64,000 nt of DNA from Paraspadella gotoi (lineage: Eukaryota > Animalia > Chaetognatha). Of this stretch, positions 52,576 to 64,000 are shown one piece after another (position 1 is the stretch's first letter; each line of letters opens with the position of its first letter). Position numbers and translations under genes: made by a program. Location: NCBI GenBank assembly GCA_051294375.1, contig JBJCIZ010000040.1:62001-126000 (forward strand). Reading direction: 5' to 3'. A model generated the notes under the pieces. It was not told the DNA's origin, did not search any database, and saw only the letters and a list, made by a program, of their open reading frames with translations.

Positions 52576-53432
52576 GGTTTCATTGGGATTCCTCCCACAC
52601 GGGATTCCTCCCAACAGAATTCTCCCGCGGGATTCCTCCCACACTGGTTTCCTCCAACACGGGATTCCTCCCCAAGGATTCCACCCAAAGGAATTCCTCC
52701 CACACGGATTCCTCCCACAACGGGGTTCCTCCCACAGATTCCTCCCCATGGAATTCTCCACACAGGATTCCTCCCACTTGAGATTCCTCCCACACAGGAT
52801 TCCTCCCACATGGATTCCTCCTACGTGGGATTCTTCCCACACAGGATTTTCCCACATGGGATCCTCCCACACAGATTCCTCCCACATGGGATTTCTCCCA
52901 TGCGGATTCCTCTCAAACGGGATTCCTCCCACGCAGGATTTTTCCCACTTTGTCCAATAGAAAAAACAAAAATTTTATTTAATGAATCTAAAGTTGATTT
53001 TTTTCCTTGCAACAAGAACATGCAACAAGAAATTAATCATAAATTTAAGGGGAAATCCCGTGTGGGAGGAATCCCGTGTGGGAGGAATCCCGCCTGGGAG
53101 GAATCCCGTTTGGGAGGAATCCCGTGTGGGAGGAATCCCACGTGGAGGAATTCCATGGGAGGATCCGTGCGAGAGGAATTCCATGGGGAGGAATCCTGCG
53201 TGGGAGGAATCCCGCGTGGAGGAATTCCATAGGGAGAAATCCGTATGGGAGGAATCCATGTGGGAGGAATTCTTTGGGAGGAATTCCATGTGGGAGGTAT
53301 CTCGCGGGAGGAATCCCGTGTGGGAGGAATCTCGAGTGGGAGAAATCCCATGGGAGGAATCCCGCGTAGGAGGAATCCCATGTGAGAGGAATACAGTTGG
53401 AGGAATCCCGTGTGGGAGGAATACCACAGCCA
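52575..53432. mobile_element. Foldback/MULE-like MITE in its intact context
   Basis: tgg...cca ends; flanks tcgcatcaa / ccgcatcaa (8-9-bp TSD-like) within the minisatellite; inverted 15-bp subrepeat arrays. Confidence 0.75.
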
Positions 53433-54286
53433 CCGCATCAATATTTGCTTATCATTGAAGGTAGGCTCGATCCTATTCTTTTAAGATTTTTTACTTTTAG
53501 GAAAAAACAGTTTTAATAGGCAACAACGATTTTATTATTGTAGATCGGACAAGTTTTGACTCTGTCTTAAGAGTCTTCATCAGCGATTTTAATAATCAAC
53601 AATTTTCTCTCTCTCAGCAAGCGATGGACGCCCGATGCCTTTCCCGATCCTGCAGCAACTTGATGCAACTCTCCTCGCACCAAGTGTTGCCCAAAACGAC
53701 GGCTGAAGGAAGAGGAGAGAGAATCTGTATCCCCTGCATCTAAGCAGGCCAGAACAGATAATCACCCGCCTCATCGTCAGGCAAGAGGAGCGCCGTCAGC
53801 AGGCTTATCAGGCCAGAGGGACATTAGAACAGCCTTGGTACTCATACCCCGCCTACTAGAATACCCTCCCAGTCTATGACAAGCCTATAACCCGATCACA
53901 TCGCTCACGTCCCACATTTGCCAGGCCGGGGGGCCAGCTCTTTTTTGAGCTCTTTCCTTATCTTACTTTCACTAACATCTTTACTTATCTATCCCTACAA
54001 CTTATTTTCCCTTTCACATTTCATTCTTAATGATTAACTAATATATTAATTTCTTTGTTATTACTAGTTGAGTATTAAGTTTTTCCATTTTTCACTCTGT
54101 TGTACATTGTTAAATGTAATTATTTCTCTAGCTCTTTTGCTTCTCTCTCTCTCCTCTCTGAATTTTTTCACCTTTCAAGTTTCAACCAATCTTATCTTCT
54201 TCCATGTCCTTATCTTCACACTGTCCTCACATCTGACCAGTGGTTAGGTTAGTGACCACTGTCTCTTTCTAAATTCTTTGTTGAAT

Positions 54287-54317
<31 letters not shown>

Positions 54318-57300
54318 ATCTCCAAAACTAATATTAAAAGAGAGAAAATTGTTGATTATTAAAATCGCTGATGAAGACTGAGACAGAGTCGAAACTTGTC
54401 CGATCTACAATAATAAAATCGTTGTTGCCTATTAAAAACTGTTTTTTCCTAAATCCTAAACAACGAAAAGAAAGAATCATAACAATGATTTTTTTTAACA
54501 AATTTTAAACCTTTAATTTTAAGTACAATATGGCGGTATCATAAAACCGACTAATTCTTATGGAGGGCATATTTTTTAAAGTGTTTGACCATCGCATCCA
54601 CCAAAAGTAAATCGTATCAGAGACTTGGGCAAAATGAAATCGCCGAATCCTGATTGGTCAAGGATGGAACCGGAATCGACCAATCAGCTTGCAGGATCAG
54701 CGGAACTGTAAATATTACCAATGTCGTCGATCCTCTTTCTTAGCTATAAATAAACCTCACTCTTTTAGTTTCAGTAGAACTGAAAAAGACTCCTGCGTGT
54801 GTCTCATCGTCACCTTTATTCTCAGAATAAAATCTCAACCTGTTTTTTTCTTAAATGTGGTGGCAGCAGTGTGATTCAAACCCATGTCTCCTTAAATATT
54901 ACCATAGGAGGTCTTGGGTTTGGATCCTGCAAACAGCATTAGAGACAGTCATGTAAAAATTAGTTTTAAAATAGCAGCAACTGCAAGGTAGAGACTTCAG
55001 TCTTTTTTCAAAATATTATACATTACTGCGTTACTAGTGAACAAGATTGATTTAAAATGATAAGAATATACTACTAAAATTTAAAATGAAAATTTTTAAA
55101 ATTTTAAGACCAGTCTTAATTTGTTGCAAAATGTTGATAAATGACAGCATAATTATTTTTTAAAAAAATACTTTCTTAAAGTTTAAAGTTTTTTTTCCTC
55201 AGTAATATTTTTTTTCAGGTTGAAAGAGCTTCCATATTGGAACAATGGAAAGGGTTGGGGAAAATTCAAGCAAAATCGTATAAGTTTCCATTGAAATAAA
55301 GGAATGTTTTTTGTCTTCTTACCTGATAAAATTCAAAACTGTTTTGATAATCAATTACAAGTGATATTTCTTACTGATTCACGTATTATGATTTTCTGAT
55401 CTGAAGTAAAAAAATAAAATTATAATTTAATTGTTTTTATCCATTTTGTTTTAATTTATATCTATTGATACTGCAGCAAGCTTTACTTTAAACTGTACTT
55501 TGTAACTAATCTGTCTGCTATGGAGAAACAAGTTAAAAACTAGATGTACTTTTGAAGAAATTAGAAAAATATGGCATCTTAAGGGTGATTTTCTTTTTGT
55601 CACCATAAGAAAATGCACAATTTTGACTAAAATTTCTCCTGTTTTTTTAAATTCTCTGCTAACTTAAGAACTGTCAGGATAGAAGCTCCCCCTACCGCCA
55701 GAGCCCTTTCACTCCCCATCTCAGCGTCTCCTGCTCCCTCGTCATTCCCTCCTCCTCATTCTTGAATCTCGGAGGGTCTTGGAAATCGGCATCACAACTT
55801 CTCATCTCTCAGTCTCGGGATCCAAAAAACCTTCCTTCTTCCCTTTACTCCCTTTATGTATTCTTTTTGCCTTCTTACATCTACTTACCTTTTTACTATT
55901 ATATTATTTATCCTACTCATCTCTTTTACCTCACGAGAGCAGATATAAAGACTGACCATAAATAGATACATACCTTCAGAGACTATATAAGATTTGTAGA
56001 GTTGTTACTGAGTGAAGCAGAACAGATTGTACAATGGTAAAATTTTATGACATAGAAACTTAATAAATAATATAGTCCTTAATGTTGTTAAATAGTGTCA
56101 GATCTATATTCATAAGGTAAAGTAAAAATTTTATTCCAAAAATTACTGCAATTGTAAAAAATTATTGCCACTAATCTGCTTCACATTTGCTTTTAAAATC
56201 TGGTTCGGCTTAACAATCTTTAGAAATTTTAGGGTAATATTTATTGAATAAACCATCTACTGAAGAATTTCTTTATACTGAATTGAATCCTTAAGTATTC
56301 AAATCAACTGCGCGGAATAAATAAGAATGATGATTAATCAACCATATTTATTTATTTCATTTTTGCACTATCTTCGTAGACAATTGGCAACATTTTTTTA
56401 CTTAGATAGTTTATTGTTAAAAAAATTAGGGACACGAATCCTTAATCTGTTTTATACGCTATATTCCAATAATTTATGCGGATACATTATAATTAATCTG
56501 ACGATGAAAATGAGCGCGCGCTCAGCAGGTTTCTCGTACATACGGAATGATTGATGGAGCGATCGATAAGGCTGATGCCTGAATTGATTCATGATTTACG
56601 GTTCTGTTGACGGGTATCGGATGTAACAACCTGGTCTTCAGTTTGCTCAAGCGATAACTGATTTACGATTCTTCTATACTTCCGTTATTCGTTTGGCGTA
56701 GTACTTGATCTTATCAGAAGAAAATTTGGCAACAAACGATTTCTCTTCCCATTTCAGTCTCTTTGAGATAACGGTTATAAGGGCTAGTTTACTAATGTTT
56801 GAAAAATAATTAGAGCTGATCAAAGAAGAGTCAAAACTTTAGCTAATTTTCATACTCGCAATAATCATTGTATGATGCACTAGATAAGTAAAATCAACTT
56901 ATATTGCTAGATAGATAAAACCCTACTTTTAAAACTATAATAACTTTAAAACAATGCGTTGCTATCGAAAGTAGAGCTACAGAGGCTATAGGCAAAATTC
57001 CAGTAAGCGTGCTCAATCCGCAAGATTTGACGATCCGTTAGCAATGTGCTCAGAGCGACGTAACAAAGAAAATCTAATTGAGCAAGATAGTTCTCCATGC
57101 TATCAATGAAATCGGTGTAAATGTACTTTTAGAGTTAAATTAAGAATTCGGTACTGGATCTGCAAAGTATAGGATTAAATAACTGATCTGAAATAGGTCC
57201 GTCTGATTCGGCTGAAAGATTACTTGAGTCTTCTCTTAACGATTATCCTGTGTTTTTCGATTTAATCAAATAGAACTTTCGGAACGGGTTGCTGGCCAGA

Positions 57301-59900
57301 CGGAAGGGATTCATGAATATAATTACTTCGACGCCAGAGGTCCTGCAATTCTAGAGGGATCAAATTACTATCCATAGAAAAGAAGATTTGCATTAACTTG
57401 TTAATTCGTGAAACTTTGGCATGTATTCAATCTCTATAGCAATCACTTTCCAACATAATAATAGTTATATTCAGACGTTTGTCACTCTTTTGTTTTTTTT
57501 TTTATTTTTTTCAGATTTACATGCTATCGCAAACTAACGAGCTCTTTCAACATTCATTCGGAGTTAAATAAGGTTACGACTTAAGTTTTACAATGTCAAT
57601 TTTTTTAATAACGAAATGCTTGCTGGAAGTGTAACAGAATTGTATTTTGCTTGGAAATTGAACTGGTGGAAAAACTATATAGCATAAAGCGGCATGAGCT
57701 GTTGTCATTAATCGATGGAGTCTTAATGGCACATTGAGGGGTTATAAAGTACCATCAGATCGACATCTGAATTTAATTTTCAATTATTTCTTGCTATAAT
57801 AACCAATATTGAAGACATCTCAATAAGCGTTTATAACTCTTCTGACAAAACGTTATTACTTAATTGATTCACGTAATCTAATGGAAGATCTTGAGTTTTA
57901 GAGTGTTAGTCGAACATTATCAATGCAGGCTAACAGCGTGCTGCTTACATCTTCGACAAGAAAATTAAAATCTGCGGTTTAAAATGCTTTACCTGTTGAT
58001 AAATTAAGCTTACGTACAAATAGAAAACCTCTTAGCTAACATAATCAAATTAGAGTTTTTCTGAACGATAAGGGCACCAATACACTTTCATTTGACAAAT
58101 AATAAATGTGTACAAGCTTATCATTTTAAAGGTTAAAATTCAGGACTGTCAGTTAAAACCCTTTTTTTTTGTAATAAGGTATTTGAGCTCCGAGAGACTA
58201 TAAAATAAAGTTCCTATTAAAATAGCTAGATAAGACTAAAATAATTCCGGAAATTAAATTATGATTCATATAAAATTGAACGCGATTAGTTACAAGCTAA
58301 GATATGAATGTAGTAATTATTAGCTATATTTACATATCTCCCTGTTATTTGGGAGTACTAGTAAACGGGTTGACCTCTTCTTCTGATAGTACTGATTCAG
58401 GGCATTCCCTAGTAGAAGTTTCTAGCAGAACAATTGGGGACTCGTTGAAGTGGTAGACCACGAGGAGCCTGGGATTGCTATTATCGTCATCAAATTTTGT
58501 TGTTTTCCTTTTAAAGGTGGCAGGATTTTTGAAAGGACAATCGGAGACAGTGAGGTCATCGGGGATAGGTGACCTCATAGACGGATCGGAGGATTCATCT
58601 TGGGAACCACTGTTGGAGACTTGAAGAGAGATAGTTTCTGGATCATCGGGTGAGATTCTGATTCACAAATGCATTTGTAGGCGCTTGGTTCGCCTCTTGT
58701 CTTGTTTCAAACACATCAGGGCTAGGTCAATCCAAGGCTTCCTTCCTTCTTCCGGCAGTAATGGAGTGCTGGGCTTTGGGAGGCTTTTGCTGTAGTGGCT
58801 GTGGCTTTGCCCTTAGATGTGCCCAAAATAATGACACTATCTTTGGATTGGCGGTCGCAGAGGATTTTTCTTCCCATCTCATCAGATCATCTGGGTTTGA
58901 GATGCGCGGAGGTAGAGGGTTGAGGATCAGCTTCTGCTTGATCTTCTCTCTCTCATTGGAGTTGTGACATGGATAGAGCTTGTGTTTACTGAGGTACCAG
59001 ATTCGCAGGCTCGTCGCGTGGGGATCAGGAGGACCGAGGGTTCATTAGTATATGTTATGATTGCGAATATTTCTAATTGCCATTTTGTTTTAGTTTCTCC
59101 TTGGTTGTATTGGCTTTCTCATAACTCTTTGTATGTTGCATTAACTTTAAGGTTTGAAGTTTCGCGGCGTTTGCTTCCATCTCTACACTCGCACCAATAT
59201 GTTGTTCCAGAATCTCCTTGGAACTTGGGACGGTTTTGTTATTCTTGAGGAACTGACCATTTGGGTCTAGCTTTTTCTCTAAGGCCATCTGAGACTCTTT
59301 CGTATACCAGATCGCCTTCTTGAAGAGGGGTATGTTGGATTTCCTGTTGTAAGTTTTCTCTCATGTGCTCTTTTCTTCTCTGTGCGTTATTCTGCTTATC
59401 CCATGATCATTTTACTCGTTTTTGCACTTTATCTATATAATCTTGCAAAGTGCGATCTTTATTCTATCAATTCCACTCCGGTGAAGCTGGGAGAGGAGGC
59501 TCGCGGCTAAAGACAGCAGGTTAATGGTAGGAGTTTACGTCGTTCTTAGAATCGAGGAAGACTTTCAATTGGAGATTTTGTTAAAATCTTGACTACCAAA
59601 TAATGTCAACGCCCCAGGGAAAAAATTCAGGTAAAAAAATATGTAAAAATACACTCGATTCCGATCCTGTTGCATCTCAAGGGCTCGCATTTTTTTTATC
59701 TCTTGACAAATAACCATTATTTTTGACATCAAAATATCAGATTCAAATGGGGACTGGTCCAATTCTTTATATATAAAATAAAGGGATTTCTCAATTCATA
59801 CAATGTCAACGCATTTAAGGTATGATTGTCATTTTACAATAAACTTCAAATTCAGGAATCCGATAGTCATATGTCTGAAGGGCTCTCAAATTTTTCTTTA
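53433..59900 (-). repeat. Third copy (inverted) of the 36460-42390 block, including Gypsy A copy 5
   Basis: Reverse-complement match; 56270-58150 is raw-read quality. Confidence 0.88.
54364..54404 (+). ncRNA. Minimal hammerhead ribozyme (intact core)
   Basis: atcgctgatgaagactgagacagagtcgaaacttgtccgat. Confidence 0.8.
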
Positions 59901-59902
59901 TA

Positions 59903-61747
59903 TGTATGAGTGAAAGAGAGAGAGAAAGAGAGAAAGAGAAAGAAAGAAAGAGAGAGAGAAAGAAATAGAATAAATCGATGAAAATCTCGGATGTAAATTT
60001 GGGATTATGCATTGAGAAAAAGCGTGGAATAAATGGCGATAATAAAAGTTTTTAAAAGGAGAAAAATAATCAAAATTTTTCAAAAAACTATCACGCAAGA
60101 GACCGTACAGAAATAGAGAGAGACAGAGAGAGAGAGAGACAGAGAGAGACAGAAACAAAAAGAGGAAGAGAGAGAAATTTGGACAGCCGCTGGAAGGCAG
60201 CTGTACAGTCACTGCAGAGCCTGAACTCGTTTTTAAAGGGTTCAGAAAAGGCAGCAACTGACAAAAATAGGAAGAAAAATTTATATATAATTTTAAAGAA
60301 ATAAAAGAAAGGAAAAAAATATTACAATTGTTTACAATTGGAAATTGTTACAATTTTTTCCAATCATAGGTTGTAAAAGATTTTATTTTTATTTGTATTA
60401 AAATTAAGATATTGCTTCTCATTAAAAAGGTCTCTTGATTTCACATGTTTTAATTGATTCAAAGATTTTTTTTATGAATTTCATCTTCAATATTATTTAC
60501 TGCAATATGTAAATTAAGCATTTCTATATACTAATTTGGCATTTCTATATACTAATTTGGCTATTATAATAAGTACTATATTTGTATATTGCAGTAAATC
60601 ATAATGAAGTGAAAATTCAAAATTTTATAAAACATCGTAATTCATAATAATTTTTATTTAAATAAAAACGGTAAGTCCCAGCCAAAACTATAAAAGCGTA
60701 GNNNNNNNNNNNNNNNNNNNNNNNNNATTGTTTCAGGTAAGCTTCTTTTTCACGCGGCGTCCGTGTCGTCGGTCGTGTCAGCCGACTTTTTGTATAAAAA
60801 ACTAACTCTTTTCTATTAGTTTATTTTGGTTGGACTTATGACCTGCTTTAACTTTTTTAAATAAAAAGTATTGATGATTACATTGAGTTTTATAAAAGTG
60901 GTGCAATCATAGTAAGGGTTAAAAATTTAGATGTGGCTTCTCATTGCATAAATAGCTTTTGAAACTTTTATTTACATTGGATTTCAGTATTTTTTTTTGT
61001 TTTGAATTTTTCCACTTCAATATGATTTACTGCAATATGCAGATATGAGATTATAAGTCTTTTTTTTTTTCAATATATATCCAAATTATTATATAAGAAA
61101 TGCTTTAAATCTAATTACATAATATTTGCGGAAGAGTAATTAATATTGAGATGAAAATTCATTAAAACTCTTTGATATCAATAAAATAAAATGTGTATCA
61201 AAATACCTTTTTAATGAGAAAGCTATATCTTAATTTTTTAATTACAAATTAAAAATTAAATCTTTTACAAGCTATGGGATGGGAAAAAATTTTAACAATT
61301 TTCAATTGTAAACAATTGTAATATTTTTCCTTTTTTTTATTCTTTAATATTATATAAATCTTCCTTATTTTTGTTCAGTGCTGCCTTTTCTGAAACTCTT
61401 TTAAAACGATGTTCAGGCTCTTGCAGTGACTGTACATGCTGGCCTTTCCAAGCGGCTGTTCCAAATTTTCTCTCTTTCTCTTTTTGTTTCTGTCTCTCTC
61501 TGTCTCTCTCTCTCTCTGTTCTTCTCTCTATTTCTGTACGTTCTTTGCGTGATTAGCGTTTTTGAAAAATTTGATTATTTTTCTCCTTTTTAAAAATTTT
61601 GATTATCGCCATTTTATTCCACGCCTTTTTCTCAATGCAAAATCCCAAAATTTACATCCGAGTGATTTTCATCGATTTATTCTATTTCTTTCTCTCTCTC
61701 TTTCTTTCTTTCTCTTTCTCTCTTTCTCTCTCTCTTTCACTCATCAC
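59903..61747. repeat. Long inverted repeat (arms ~800-1000 bp, GA-microsatellite rich) centred on an N gap
   Basis: tgtatgagtgaaagagag... at 59903 mirrors ...ctctttcactcatcac at ~61747. Confidence 0.8.
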
Positions 61748-62046
61748 GCTTTTGTTTGTTTTATTTATGATGAATGATTTCATTGCCGTCAATGAATGAC
61801 TATCAATCGCATCAATAATGACTATCATCGTTTTCATATGAATGATTATCATCACATCAATGAATGACTATCATTGCATCAATCATTTTGGTTTTATTAA
61901 TATACATCAATCATTTTGGTTATATCACACCGATTCATTTGATTTATTCACGCATCAATATTGGTTTATTTCATCACATCAATATTTGGTTATCATCGCA
62001 TTAAAAATTGGTTATCAATCGCATCCAATCCTTTGGTATCATCGGT

Positions 62047-64000
62047 CCTCCTACGTGGGATTCTTCCCACACAGGATTTCCCACATGCGGATTCTCCCAC
62101 ACAGGATTTCCTCCCACATAGATTTCTCCCACGTGCGGATTCCTCTCAAACGGGATTCCTCCACGCAGGGATTTCTCCCATTCGATTCCAATTAGAAAAA
62201 ACAAATAATTTTATTTTTAATGAATCTAAGTTTGATTTTTTTCCTTCAACAAGAACATTGCAACAAGAAGTTAATCATATTTAAGGTGGGAGGAATCCCT
62301 GTGTGGGAGGAATCCCGTTGTGGAGGGAATCCCGCCTGGAGGAAATTCCCGTTTTGGAGGAATCCCGTTTGGAGGAATCCCACGTGGGAGGAATTTCCTA
62401 TGGGAGAAATCCCGTGCGAGAGGAATTCCATGGGGAGGAATCCTGCGTGGGAAGAATTCCCGCGTTGGGAGAATTCCTATTAGGGAGAAATCCGTATGGG
62501 AGGAATCCCATGTGGGAGGAATTTCTTTTGGGAGGAATTCCCATGTGGGAGGTATTCTCGCGGGAGAATCCCGTGTGCGGAGGAATCTCGCAGTGGGAGA
62601 AATCCCATGGCGTGAGGAATCCCGCCGTGGGAGGAAATCCCGTGTGAGAGGAATACATGTTTTGGAGGGATATCTCCGTGTGCCGGAGGTTAATACCACA
62701 GCCCACCCGCATCAATATTGCCTTATTCATCAGGTAGGCTTCGATCCTATTCTTTTAAGATTTTTTTACTTTTAGGAAAAAACAGTTTAATATGGCACAA
62801 CGATTTTATTATTGTAGATCGGACAAGTTTGACTCTGTCTTAAGAGTCTTCATCAGCGATTTTTAATTTAATCAACAATTTTCTCTCTCTCAGCAAGCGG
62901 ATTGCGACGACCCCGATGCCTTTCCCGATCCTTGCAGCAATTATGCAACTCTCCTCGCAACCAAGTGTTGCCCAAAACGACGCTTGAAGGTAAGAGGGAG
63001 GAATCTGTATCCCCTGCATCTAGCAGGCCAGAAACAAGAATTAATCACCCGCCTTCGTTCGTTCAGGCAAGAGGAGCTGTCCGTAGGCAGCTTATTCAGG
63101 CCAGAGTGACATTTAGAATCAGCCCTTGGTACTCATTACCCCAGCCTCTACTACAAATTACCCTCCCAGTCTATGACAAGCCTATAACCCATCACATCGC
63201 CACGTCCCACATTTATGCCAGCCGGGGGGCCAGCTCTTTTTTTGACTCTTTTCCTTATTCTTACTTTTCACTAACATCTTACTTATCTATTCCCTAAAAC
63301 TTATTTTCCCTTCACATTTCATTCTTTAGATGATTTAACTAATATATTAATTTCTTTTATTACTAGTTGTATGTATTAAGTTTTTTCATTTTTCACTCTG
63401 TTTGTAACCATTGTTATAAATGTTAATTATTTTCTCTCGCTCTTTTGTTCTCTCTCTCTCTCTCTGAATTTTTTCACCTATCAAGTTTCAACCAATTTTA
63501 TCTTCTTCCATGTCCTTATCTTTCACCTGTCCTACACATCTGACCAGTTGGTTAGGTTAGTGACCACTGTCCTTTTCTAAATTCTTTTGTTGAATCTCCC
63601 TCCTTTCTCTCTCTCTCTCTCTCTTCTCTCTTCTTCTCTCTATCTCCAAAACTAATTATTATAATTAGAGAAAATTTGTTGATTATAAAATCGCTGTATT
63701 GAAGACTCGAGACTAGAGTTCGAAACTTGTCCGATCTACAATAATAAAATCGTTCGTTGCCTATTAAAACTGTTTTTTCCTAATCCTAAACACATACGAA
63801 AAGATTAAGAATCATAACAATGATTTTTATTAACAAATTTTTTAAAACCTTTATTTTTACAGATACTTTATTTGGCTCCGGTGATCATAACGCGCACTAA
63901 TCTTATGGAGGCATATTTTTTTAAAGTGTTTTGCACCATTCGCATTCCACAAAAGTAAATCGTATCAGAGACTTGGGCCAAAATGAATCGGCGATCCTGC
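62047..64000. repeat. Fourth copy of foldback MITE, Penelope fragment and flank (repeat of ~52815-54700)
   Basis: Colinear noisy match. Confidence 0.85.

Noticed and set aside
1-64000. Frameshifts as evidence of biological pseudogenisation or recoding
   Set aside because: Indels differ between near-identical copies and cluster in homopolymers, as expected for unpolished long reads.

Overview
This is AT-rich eukaryotic DNA, most likely from an invertebrate (inference). It comes from an unpolished long-read assembly with dense 1-bp indels, N gaps and raw-read-quality patches. No host gene can be confidently recognised; the window is a nested, segmentally duplicated transposon cluster. It holds five partial copies of one large Ty3/Gypsy element (A) with extra ORFs before gag and after pol, and a full-length plus a truncated copy of a CsRn1-type Gypsy (B). 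There is also a second CsRn1-type fragment (C) and a pol-less LTR element (D) carrying an antisense, intron-containing cargo gene. Smaller elements include two head-to-head TRIMs (one with a tRNA-like Pol III cassette in its LTR), four hAT-type MITE families with 7-8 bp TSDs, and a Kolobok-like TTAA element. Penelope-like fragments carry minimal hammerhead ribozymes. A foldback MITE made of ~15-bp GGGATTCCTCCCACA repeats sits at the centre of a ~15.5-kb inverted duplication. All calls were made by eye, so coordinates may be off by a few bases.
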